A DNA stretch of 64,000 bases, from assembly GCA_016699245.1 (NCBI GenBank), contig CP064968.1:379331-443330 (forward strand), read 5' to 3'. Every line of letters begins with the position of its first letter. The first letter of the stretch is position 1. Under the pieces are notes generated by a model, which was not told the origin of the DNA, made no database searches, and saw only the letters and a program-made list of their open reading frames with translations. Source of the DNA: Candidatus Kaiserbacteria bacterium (GTDB lineage Bacteria; Patescibacteriota; Minisyncoccia; Phycocordibacterales; UBA918). Positions 55,974-64,000 of the stretch are shown here, one piece after another. The position numbers and the translations under genes are program-made.

Positions 55974-57002
55974 TCAAATTCCAATACTTGCTATTCTGTA
56001 TTCGATTAATTCATTTTCTTCTCTCCCATCATCAGCGTATGGTTTGTATACACCGTATTTTAATGAATTGCCATCCACCCACTCCATATTAGGATAGGCC
56101 CCACCATATCCAAACTCGCTTTGATGGAGACTCTCATTGGTATTTATTTTTACCACTTGAATCACTGCTCCAAATTCATAATCGTATATCTCGATAGTTG
56201 TTTCATCTGCTAACCGCGCAACTAATTTATTTGACGGAGACAATCTGTCACCACCATACGGATCAAAACCGAAATCAACGTCTTCAAAAGCCAAACTATT
56301 TCCATCAAATCGCAAAACTGAGCAACAATTTGAACCACCAAATAGTCCCTCAGATGTAAAATAAACCGAATTTGTGTCCACAGAGGAAAATAGTTTTACA
56401 ATATATCGACTGCGTCCATAATTAATATTTCGGAACTCAACCGAAAGATTTTTCTTAATATTAAGTTTATTATTCTCAAAGATATAACAAATGACAACTA
56501 CATCCTCAATTAAACACTCATGCTCAGACATAATCGAACCATTTGATAAAACTGTTTGAGTTAGTAGGTCAGTATCTATAAGAATTTCAGTAGATATACC
56601 ATCCTTGAAATTAGTGGGTAATTTTGAAACATAACTGACCGTTTCACTAGATTTCTCGTCTGCAGTTGATGTCTCCGGTGATCTTTGTTCCTCATTAATC
56701 TTCTCATCTTCTGTGAAAGTCAAAATGTCCTCAGTTATTATCGGATCACCTATAGGCGGAGTTCCTGATGAGATAGATTGGTCAGGAATTGGCATATTTC
56801 CAAAGTCAACGAGATCAGGTCTCCATATAGAATCATCCTCTTGCTGCACAATATCCTCTGTCTCCTTAATTATTAACGAATCAATATACAGATAAGTAGC
56901 TGCAATTACAGACACACCAATAATCGATAGACCGATGAGTGCAAAAATTCGAACAGAATTAAAAGAACCATTCTTGGTTATCTCTATGTTTTGTTGATCC
57001 AT
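55974..57002 (-). CDS. membrane-anchored hypothetical protein with acidic linker
   Basis: TM helix IFALIGLSIIGVSVIAATYLY; start at MDQQNIEI preferred because a terminator abuts the upstream Met. Confidence 0.45.
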   Translation of the reverse strand: MDQQNIEITKNGSFNSVRIFALIGLSIIGVSVIAATYLYIDSLIIKETEDIVQQEDDSIWRPDLVDFGNMPIPDQSISSGTPPIGDPIITEDILTFTEDEKINEEQRSPETSTADEKSSETVSYVSKLPTNFKDGISTEILIDTDLLTQTVLSNGSIMSEHECLIEDVVVICYIFENNKLNIKKNLSVEFRNINYGRSRYIVKLFSSVDTNSVYFTSEGLFGGSNCCSVLRFDGNSLAFEDVDFGFDPYGGDRLSPSNKLVARLADETTIEIYDYEFGAVIQVVKINTNESLHQSEFGYGGAYPNMEWVDGNSLKYGVYKPYADDGREENELIEYRIASIGI

Positions 57003-57061
57003 ATCACAAAAGCATAGCACACGCAGTTCGAACCATCTCCAACTCTGCGCACACAAACAAA

Positions 57062-57083
57062 AAAGACCTTGCGGTCTTTTTTT
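57062..57083. terminator. bidirectional rho-independent terminator
   Basis: aaaagaccttgcggtcttttttt. Confidence 0.75.
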
Positions 57084-57455
57084 GGTGGGTGCCTAGGGGC
57101 TATGTGCTATAGTTGTAATCGTTTCTGTCAGCCTGAGGTCTGTACACTTTGTACATATAGTACAATTCTTCCCGAAAGTCATCTGTGAGTGGAGTAATTT
57201 TAATAGGTGTTTGGTTTTGGACCTTTGTTTCTTCATCATGGTTTTTGTATATCATACAATTACAACGATATTTCTAACCTATAAATCTACTGTGTATGTA
57301 AAGAGCCGTAGTTCACTCCTTTTCATTACAAAATAATTATAAAAACAGCACGCTTCCTCCATGGTGGGATATACAGGTGAAATGACGTATCTCAAAGCGA
57401 ATAATAATTGCTGGTATTGTGCCACATCAACATAACAAAATGGTACACTAGAAGA

Positions 57456-58139
57456 ATGAATGATGCAGATATAATTTTAAAACTTGAGAACATAGGTAAG
57501 ACATTTACTACACCGAGTGGTCCGCTCCTGATTTTGGAGAACGTATCATGCACGGTGCGGAAAGGTGAAAAAGTGGCAATTATTGGTCCGTCAGGCTCGG
57601 GCAAGTCCACATTGTTATCATGTATCGGATTGCTCGATAGTCCAACTGACGGCAGTATCGAAATCGCAGGGACGAGAATACATATGCTCACAGAGAACGA
57701 GCAGGCATTATTTCGCAATACACATATTGGATTTATTTTTCAATCGTTTGAACTGATTTCACCGTTTACCGTCAAAGAAAATATTGTGGCACCGCTTGAA
57801 ATCGGTAATCGAGAGATATCTCAAACAGCAGTATCCCATTTAATTGATGATCTTGGTCTAACAGAGCGAAGAGATGCGCTACCACTCACGCTTTCCGGCG
57901 GTGAGAAGCAACGCGTCGCAATCGGACGAGCACTGATGAATACACCCACACTTATACTGGCAGATGAGCCAACAGGAAGCCTTGACCGCGCAACCGGTGA
58001 AAAAGTTTTGTCGATGCTCCTGAGTGCAGTTTCAAAAATTGGTACGACACTACTTATCATCACCCATGATGAATCAATCGCAGAACGCATGGACCGCGTA
58101 TTTGAATTAAAAGATAGAACACTGCATGAACGGAAGTAA
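57456..58139 (+). CDS. ABC transporter ATP-binding protein (YbbA/LolD/MacB-type)
   Basis: Walker A GPSGSGKST, signature LSGGEKQRVAIGRAL, Walker B ILADEPTGSLD. Confidence 0.9.
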   Translation: MNDADIILKLENIGKTFTTPSGPLLILENVSCTVRKGEKVAIIGPSGSGKSTLLSCIGLLDSPTDGSIEIAGTRIHMLTENEQALFRNTHIGFIFQSFELISPFTVKENIVAPLEIGNREISQTAVSHLIDDLGLTERRDALPLTLSGGEKQRVAIGRALMNTPTLILADEPTGSLDRATGEKVLSMLLSAVSKIGTTLLIITHDESIAERMDRVFELKDRTLHERK

Positions 58140-60606
58140 ACTCATCTTTTCATATAGTACCCGTATTGTTCGGCGTGAGTGGCGGCGGTTTATTTTGCCA
58201 TTTCTTTCCTTAGCAATCACAAGTATCGTATTAATTCTTATTCTGCTCCTCACTGGAGCAAGTGCAGATTTACTATCCGAGCAAGCACGAGAACTACAGG
58301 GAGGCGATGTGGTTATTGAAAGCACGTCACCTATCAATGGTGAAGAACTTTTACAGACTGCGGGTGTCGAAACAACAAAGGTATCCGAGCAAATCACTTT
58401 TTCAGGCACACTACAGAGCAACACTGCCACCGCACCCTTTACCATCAATCTCGTAGACACGAATTTTCCCTTATATGGTGAAATCGTATTGCGTGACACT
58501 ATCTTTAGCCAAGTAGCAGACGGGGAGATTTTCATTGATGAAAATGGGCTTGACCGCCTTAACGTACAACCTGGTGACGTCGTTTCTTTTGGCGAGGTGT
58601 CGCTTGTGGTAAGAGACGTGGTCATCACTGAGCCCACCTCGCTATTCGGAGGATTCCAATTTCTCCCTAAAGTATTTATGAGTCAGGCCAGTTTTGAGAA
58701 GGCTGCTATTGATCCTCAACTATTACGCGCTGAATACATATATGCAGTCATAGCCCCAAACCTCACCCCCACCACTATCGATGCCTTGAGAGCGCTTGAA
58801 GACGCCAATCCTGTGCTTGATATTGATATCGCAGGACAGGACCAACGAGGGTTGCAATTTGGATTAGCAACGGTGTCTGACTTTCTTATAATTGCCGTCC
58901 TTATCACTGCTATTCTCGCTGCCGTGAATGTGTATGCCAGCGTGTTATACCTCGTCACCATTGAACGAAAGAGCCTCGCGGTACTACTGTCTCTTGGCCT
59001 TAGAAAAAATAGACTTGTCTCTATACTCGGTGCCGCACTGGGGTACGTTGTACTTCTTGCTAATATCATTGGTATTGGCCTCGGCACGTTCATATTTACA
59101 CAGGTACAAAAATTTGTTTCAGAAAAATACCTCGTAGATCTGCCGACCCCTGATGTACTCTTTTATAGCAGTGTCACCGTCATGCTGATTGTATTAATTA
59201 CAGCGATGTCCTTTCTACCAGCCGTCTATAGAATACTCTCTTTGAGTCCTAAGCAAATCCTCATTGGCGCTGGTGTAATCACTACCAAACGAAGTTCCAT
59301 AGGGTCAATTGCTCTAATCACTATCTCTACCCTCACCCCACTCATTGCCTTAGCATCCTTCCTTCTGCAAAGTATCTTCCAAGGAATCGTTGCCATTAGC
59401 GCAATGGCACTTGCGTACATTATTATCGCTGCGCTGTATACAGTCACCTTAAATCGTCTATATGCAATACGGGCGCGTACCAACTTCTTTTTACGTAGCA
59501 TTCTCAGTCAAAAGTATGCAGACGGTCTCTTTGGTATCATATCGTTTACATCACTCTTTGTCGCACTCACTTCCCTATGCACACTAGCACTCCTTCAGGT
59601 CTCACTCGAACGCTTTTTAATTAATGATCTGAGTGGCACCGTCCCCTCTACCTATGTACTCGACATCCAACCATCACAAAAGGAACAGATTGTATCTGCG
59701 TTTCCTGAATTAGAATTGTTTTCTAATATTCGTGCACGCATTATTGCAATCGATGGACTCATGATCCAAGAAGAAATTGAAGCAGGCAATACCGATGTCT
59801 CGGGTGAATTAGGGAGAGAGTTTAACCTTACCGCTCGACCGGAACTCCTTCCGAGTGAGACAGTGACGCAGGGGGTGTGGTCAAATGGTGCCCCAGGAGA
59901 AATCTCCGTGGATGCAGATTTTGCGGAGCAAGCAAATATCTCACTTGGCTCACGGATAACGTTTTTTATTCAAGGGTTCGAAATCTCTGGTACCGTGACG
60001 AGCCTACGCAGTACCGACTCACGTTCCGGGCTTCCCTTTTTCTATTTTGTCCTCTCGCCTGAGGATATTGGTCAATTCCCCAGTATTTATTTTGGATACT
60101 CGTACTATGAACCCGAAAAACAAGCAGAGCTCGGGCGTTTTTTAGCAACAAATGCCCCCAATGTTTCAATACTTGAAACACAATCAATAGGCCCCTTACT
60201 CCTTCGGATAGTGAGTACTCTTCTCGTGCTTGTGCTCATCGTCACCATTCCCCCACTCTCTATTGCGACACTCCTCATCGCAATGTTGGTAGTATCCTCA
60301 TACTCGACACGGAGGCGGGAGGGGGCTCGGTTTCGTGCACTTGGTCTCAGCAAAAATATTTCTTTCCTTCAGTACATTTTAGAGACTCTTTCCATCACAC
60401 TTGTGGCCTCATTCCTTGCATATGGTATTGGTATTCTCGTAACAGCGATCATGAGTACGACCTTCTTGAAACTTGATTCTATTGTCCTGTTTGATGCCGA
60501 AATCATTATAGGTTTATGCTTCATTATTTTCTTCATAGTGGGGATTGCATTATACTTATACAAAACGGATACAATGCAGTTGCGTGAATTATTATCGTAT
60601 GAATAG
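58126..60606 (+). CDS. FtsX-like ABC permease with duplicated FtsX domains (YbbP-type, about 10 TM)
   Basis: 826 aa; two blocks of 4 TM helices each preceded by large periplasmic domains; overlaps ATPase gene. Confidence 0.8.
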   Translation: MNGSKLIFSYSTRIVRREWRRFILPFLSLAITSIVLILILLLTGASADLLSEQARELQGGDVVIESTSPINGEELLQTAGVETTKVSEQITFSGTLQSNTATAPFTINLVDTNFPLYGEIVLRDTIFSQVADGEIFIDENGLDRLNVQPGDVVSFGEVSLVVRDVVITEPTSLFGGFQFLPKVFMSQASFEKAAIDPQLLRAEYIYAVIAPNLTPTTIDALRALEDANPVLDIDIAGQDQRGLQFGLATVSDFLIIAVLITAILAAVNVYASVLYLVTIERKSLAVLLSLGLRKNRLVSILGAALGYVVLLANIIGIGLGTFIFTQVQKFVSEKYLVDLPTPDVLFYSSVTVMLIVLITAMSFLPAVYRILSLSPKQILIGAGVITTKRSSIGSIALITISTLTPLIALASFLLQSIFQGIVAISAMALAYIIIAALYTVTLNRLYAIRARTNFFLRSILSQKYADGLFGIISFTSLFVALTSLCTLALLQVSLERFLINDLSGTVPSTYVLDIQPSQKEQIVSAFPELELFSNIRARIIAIDGLMIQEEIEAGNTDVSGELGREFNLTARPELLPSETVTQGVWSNGAPGEISVDADFAEQANISLGSRITFFIQGFEISGTVTSLRSTDSRSGLPFFYFVLSPEDIGQFPSIYFGYSYYEPEKQAELGRFLATNAPNVSILETQSIGPLLLRIVSTLLVLVLIVTIPPLSIATLLIAMLVVSSYSTRRREGARFRALGLSKNISFLQYILETLSITLVASFLAYGIGILVTAIMSTTFLKLDSIVLFDAEIIIGLCFIIFFIVGIALYLYKTDTMQLRELLSYE

Positions 60607-61294
60607 ACTGTTTATATACACGAGCATAGCAGTACTTCTCCTTGGTGTATCGGGATGGTGGTTTTTTATGCATAGTACTTCTGTCCCAATACAAGATACT
60701 TTGGAGCCTCGAGCAGTACCAGAGAATACCCGTACCATTATCGCTTTTGGCGATAGTCTCACTGCAGGGTACGGAGTATTACAAAGAGAGGCATACCCTG
60801 CACAACTCGAAGAAGCACTCCAAGAAGCAGGATACGCAGTACGCATTATCAATGCGGGCGTAAGTGGTGAGACCACGCGAGGTAATGTGGAGCGCGTGAA
60901 TTTTATTCGCTCTCAAGACCCTGATATTATCATCATTGGTATTGGAGGGAACGACGCACTCCGCTCGTTACCTATTGAAGAAACAGAAAAGAATATTCGA
61001 GAGACCATACAAATACTAGGAAGTGGTGAAAACCCTCCCCAGTTACTATTATTACAAATGAAGGCACCACTCAACGCAGGGACTTTGTATAAAGCACAAT
61101 TTGATACCCTCTATGTGACAATTGCGAATGACGAGAATATCCCTTTGGTACCTTTCATAGTTGAAGATATATTTCTAGACCCTACGAATAAGATTTCTGA
61201 TGGCATTCACTACAACAAAATCGGCTATCAAAAAGTAGTGCTTCAATATATACTCCCTCAAATAAAAGAGGTGCTTGACACACCTAACCTATAA
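60599..61294 (+). CDS. SGNH/GDSL hydrolase (TesA-like arylesterase/lysophospholipase)
   Basis: Block I AFGDSLTAG, block III GGNDAL, block V DGIHYN; ATG at 60599 overlaps permease stop. Confidence 0.8.
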   Translation: MNRLFIYTSIAVLLLGVSGWWFFMHSTSVPIQDTLEPRAVPENTRTIIAFGDSLTAGYGVLQREAYPAQLEEALQEAGYAVRIINAGVSGETTRGNVERVNFIRSQDPDIIIIGIGGNDALRSLPIEETEKNIRETIQILGSGENPPQLLLLQMKAPLNAGTLYKAQFDTLYVTIANDENIPLVPFIVEDIFLDPTNKISDGIHYNKIGYQKVVLQYILPQIKEVLDTPNL

Positions 61295-61380
61295 AGAACT
61301 CTGCTTCAAGCGAGAGCACTCGATAAAGGGGACAGTTCGCAGCCACCATTTCTCGGTCTGCCAACCCCATTTTCCTCATT

Positions 61381-61650
61381 CTACTTATACACATCTTTTC
61401 TATGCTTGATACTTAAGATGGTCAGTATTGTAATATTCCCATTTTCATCAATAGTAAAAATAGCTCGATAATCACCAATCCGATACCGGTATTTACCTGA
61501 CAATGTACCTTGCAGTGCTTTGGCACGGACGAGCGGGTCATCCTGTAAAACATTATCGGCAATCTTTAGGACGATACGTTTTGAAAGTGCAGGACTGAGT
61601 TTTTTTAACTGACGTAAAGCATCATCAGAATAAATAATCGTCACGTGCAT
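61381..61650 (-). CDS. RelE/ParE-family toxin
   Basis: GKYRYRIGDYRAIFTIDENGNITILTILSIKHRKDVY. Confidence 0.75.
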   Translation of the reverse strand: MHVTIIYSDDALRQLKKLSPALSKRIVLKIADNVLQDDPLVRAKALQGTLSGKYRYRIGDYRAIFTIDENGNITILTILSIKHRKDVYK

Positions 61651-61653
61651 AGA

Positions 61654-61902
61654 TTACGCAATACCTAAAACCTTCATCACTTCTTCATGTGTATGATAGT
61701 TACCTCGAGCAACATCTGCCTCGGCTTTCGCTATATCTGCGACAAATGAATCAAGATATTCATCCTCGGCAAATGCCTTAATCTCGAATAAAGGTTTGTT
61801 TCGATTCATCACTATATACCGAGTATCACTCTTTTGAGCACGCTTAGCATAATCAGAGATGTTTTGACGAAAGTCTTTCACTCCAATAAATTTAGTATTC
61901 AT
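61654..61902 (-). CDS. Phd/YefM-family antitoxin
   Basis: MNTKFIGVKDFRQNISDYAKRAQ...RYIVMNRNKPLFEI; start at MNTKF so the upstream palindrome lies in the promoter. Confidence 0.7.
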   Translation of the reverse strand: MNTKFIGVKDFRQNISDYAKRAQKSDTRYIVMNRNKPLFEIKAFAEDEYLDSFVADIAKAEADVARGNYHTHEEVMKVLGIA

Positions 61903-61904
61903 GA

Positions 61905-61936
61905 CAGAAGTGTACACTTTGGTGTACACTTCTGTC
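61905..61936. promoter_or_regulatory. perfect palindrome agaagtgtacac-tttg-gtgtacacttct immediately upstream of the phd/relE operon (candidate autoregulatory operator)
   Basis: 12 bp arms; each arm contains the self-complementary gtgtacac. Confidence 0.5.
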
Positions 61937-62114
61937 AATCACCTATTCAGAGATAAGGTGTTTGCATGTTTCAACCGCTTTATTTTCCTTCCGAGATGGA
62001 GAAATGGGAACACTTGCTGTGAATTTAAGGACAACTGTTGACTTTGTTTAATTGTTGGAGTTTACTTCTTCCATCTTGCCTACATCGGCATGTGTTCTTC
62101 AAAGAGAGGTAGTC

Positions 62115-62501
62115 ATGCGACAAGTTACAATGGAGGATCTGGGGACGATTCGATTCACTTCAGTTCCCCTTGGCGGAGTGCCTTCGTGGGTCCGTGAGGA
62201 GTGGGTCGGGCTCGAAGTACCATGCCTGTTTTCCCACGATGGTGTACCACTAAACAAAGGTGACATTGTACGTGATTTGGGAACAGGCCTCGAAATCCCA
62301 GACTTCCCCGGCTACATCGTGCTCCAATCTCAGGCAATCAATGCCTTGGAACAGAAGTCACCCGAAGCAGCAGAGTATTGGATGGACCGAGGTTTTCCAG
62401 AGCACCCGTATGCACAATTTCTCTTCGACCTGCATTGTGCTGAGGTTGTGAAGCCCGTCATGACGCGCAAGGAGTTTTGGCAACGTTTCAGCGACGCGTA
62501 A
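62115..62501 (+). CDS. hypothetical protein
   Basis: ATG at 62115 with AGAGAGG RBS 5 nt upstream; no known motifs. Confidence 0.5.
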   Translation: MRQVTMEDLGTIRFTSVPLGGVPSWVREEWVGLEVPCLFSHDGVPLNKGDIVRDLGTGLEIPDFPGYIVLQSQAINALEQKSPEAAEYWMDRGFPEHPYAQFLFDLHCAEVVKPVMTRKEFWQRFSDA

Positions 62502-62673
62502 ATCCTTCCAATCGCCCGATGAAGCCGTTCGGCTTTGTCGGGCGGTTTCTTTTTATACTAAAGCCAAAGATTCGAACCACCTCAGGCTTAGCGTACTTAA
62601 AAATAGTATATATACAAAACAAAAGCTCACCGTGAATCGACACGTCCGTCAAATATCTCACATATGAAAAAAC

Positions 62674-63486
62674 TTGAGTCTTTCTGCTTCAGTTTTGCAA
62701 AAAGGTTGCAATTTTGTAAAAAATGGGTACAGTTTGACATTATTTTGCTATATGGCATTTTTACAAGAATTCTTCTCGACACTATTGAATCCACGTGGTC
62801 AAATACACACTCATGCTACATATGTAGAAAGAGTATATTGTCCGTATTCTCTTTGTGAAAAAGAGTTATTGTCAGTACCACAGAGAAGTAAAAAATGCCC
62901 TTTTTGCCATGAACAAATTATGGTGAGGACACATCCGTATACAAAAGAAAAGAGTATTTATACGGAGGAACAAGCAAACGTATTTGATGGCGATCTTAAA
63001 AACTACAAGCATTTCAGATATTTCTTGGAGTCCATGAAGCAGTTTTTAGACGTTAATGATATTTCGCTGCTTGAGCTGTACCGTGAACACCAATCGATTC
63101 TTCGCGCGCGAAACACAAATGAACCCCTCTGTAAGGAGGTGGTCATGAACATTTCAAATTACCTAATTGCAATATATCCGAATGTCGGAGTATCAATACA
63201 CTTTCAACATGCAATTTTTTTGTTTGAATCGGGGGAAAGGTACCATCACATACAAAGAAATGGTTTCATGCTCCAATTACAAGAATTCAAACGTCGTGGG
63301 TACCAAAAAGTACACATCACCACGCATCAAGAAAAATCATGTGCCAAATGTGTAGCCCTCGATAAAAAAGTACTTACCATTGACCAAGCAATGACAAAAC
63401 AATTACTGCCCTGCACTAAATGCACCTTCGCTTTCAAAAAGGAAGGCCCTGCAGGATGGTGCAGGTGCTCATATACCGCTGTGTAA
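62674..63486 (+). CDS. Cys-rich hypothetical protein (putative zinc-ribbon motifs CPYSLC...CPFC and CAKC...CTKC)
   Basis: 270 aa ORF; start uncertain (62674 or 62752); an overlapping 64 aa ORF in another frame at 62664 is probably spurious. Confidence 0.45.
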   Translation: MSLSASVLQKGCNFVKNGYSLTLFCYMAFLQEFFSTLLNPRGQIHTHATYVERVYCPYSLCEKELLSVPQRSKKCPFCHEQIMVRTHPYTKEKSIYTEEQANVFDGDLKNYKHFRYFLESMKQFLDVNDISLLELYREHQSILRARNTNEPLCKEVVMNISNYLIAIYPNVGVSIHFQHAIFLFESGERYHHIQRNGFMLQLQEFKRRGYQKVHITTHQEKSCAKCVALDKKVLTIDQAMTKQLLPCTKCTFAFKKEGPAGWCRCSYTAV

Positions 63487-63505
63487 TAAGCCCTCCACAT
63501 CTACA

Positions 63506-64000
63506 CTATTCGCTATAGTGAGCAAATAACGCAGTGACGCCAGCGAGATTCTTCTCCCATTCGATAGTCTCATGGGTCTTGAGTTCAACGGTTATTGCAG
63601 GGACCCCAATAGACGCAAGCCACCCTTCCACATCTCCCGTGATTGCATATGCACTAAAGGAATCGACCGCTGGATACTCGGCTGCTTTTGCATATATATC
63701 CATAAGAGTACGAGTCTCGGAAAGAATACCCTCGGTGCACTCAGAAGCATATACTGCATTGGACTGACTGTGCCAAAAGATACCAGCAGCGGGTTTATAT
63801 TTAAGCACAAAGTCACGGATAGCGGATGCTTCGGGTTCGGAAAAGGGTGCAGTACCGGCACTCACAATGCTATTTCTCCACGTACTCTCTGGCTTCCACT
63901 TGCAATCAAAATTCCGATTGAGGTCGACGTCATGGGCATTGAAACGCCCCTTCCCCGCACCTCCTGTACTAAGCGGCACATCAGCACCTTCAAACCGCCC
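63506..64000 (-). CDS. M14-family zinc carboxypeptidase, 5'-partial (runs off the window end)
   Basis: NRNFD and downstream motifs typical of M14/gamma-D-glutamyl-DAP carboxypeptidases. Reading frame is open to position 64000, so the GTG shown in the ORF track is internal. Confidence 0.6.
   Translation of the reverse strand, partial: GRFEGADVPLSTGGAGKGRFNAHDVDLNRNFDCKWKPESTWRNSIVSAGTAPFSEPEASAIRDFVLKYKPAAGIFWHSQSNAVYASECTEGILSETRTLMDIYAKAAEYPAVDSFSAYAITGDVEGWLASIGVPAITVELKTHETIEWEKNLAGVTALFAHYSE

Noticed and set aside
57105-57260. 51 aa minus-strand ORF (MIYKNHDEETKVQNQ...) between the membrane-protein gene and the ABC ATPase
   Set aside because: No RBS, below the ORF-track threshold, and no motif. 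Noted only because a terminator follows it.
62664-62858. 64 aa ORF overlapping the start of the Cys-rich 62674 gene in another frame
   Set aside because: Most likely spurious. The 62674 frame carries the zinc-ribbon-like motifs and continues for 270 aa. A frameshift linking them could not be supported.

Overview
This 64 kb window is AT-moderate bacterial chromosomal sequence (roughly 45% GC). The many small proteins, short dnaX and RelA/SpoT genes, and a reduced RNase P-like RNA suggest an uncultivated, possibly Patescibacteria/CPR-like, organism. Housekeeping genes are interleaved with accessory and mobile features.

Housekeeping genes present: glmS, serS, topA, miaA, recQ, dprA, dnaX, mltG, a Dus-family dihydrouridine synthase, a RelA/SpoT enzyme, parB, an S11 D-Ala-D-Ala carboxypeptidase, an FtsQ-like gene, a peroxiredoxin, a cold-shock protein, and a YbbA/YbbP-like ABC transporter next to a GDSL esterase.

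Accessory and mobile features:
- A REP-associated tyrosine transposase (RAYT) bracketed by REP hairpin pairs, with a third REP pair elsewhere.
- Two HicB-HicA toxin-antitoxin pairs and one RelE/Phd pair.
- Four tRNA genes (Gln, Leu, Trp, Tyr), each embedded in an unusual repeat context:
  - tRNA-Gln is followed by three to four tandem 176 bp units that each end in a copy of the last 20 nt of the tRNA.
  - tRNA-Trp is followed by a 1 kb hairpin array with copies of its 3' end inside perfect palindromes.
  - tRNA-Leu and tRNA-Tyr are each preceded by a partial 5' copy of the tRNA plus a shared structured element.
  - A hairpin with a conserved loop (about TTCGAGTGAAGCGAAGAA) and freely varying stems recurs at three of these loci (Gln, Trp, Tyr), which I regard as the most interesting signal in the window.
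- A 3 kb island between tRNA-Trp and tRNA-Tyr encodes two paralogous secreted proteins. Their N-terminal 160 residues are about 97% identical and pilin-like (signal peptide plus two TM helices). Their C-terminal domains differ: one CHAP/NlpC-P60-like, the other lytic-transglycosylase-like.

Other notable points: a GC-rich structured RNA that looks like a reduced RNase P RNA, a membrane-anchored ClpA-like AAA+ protein with a degenerate D1 domain, tandem C4 zinc-ribbon proteins flanking an orphan response regulator, an extremely acidic protein, and short CCTAGGGACGTT and CATAGG-N-CCTATG motifs in intergenic regions. Four apparent single-base frameshifts at homopolymers suggest either sequencing errors or pseudogenes. 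All coordinates are approximate to within about 2 nt, and several CDS start codons are uncertain.
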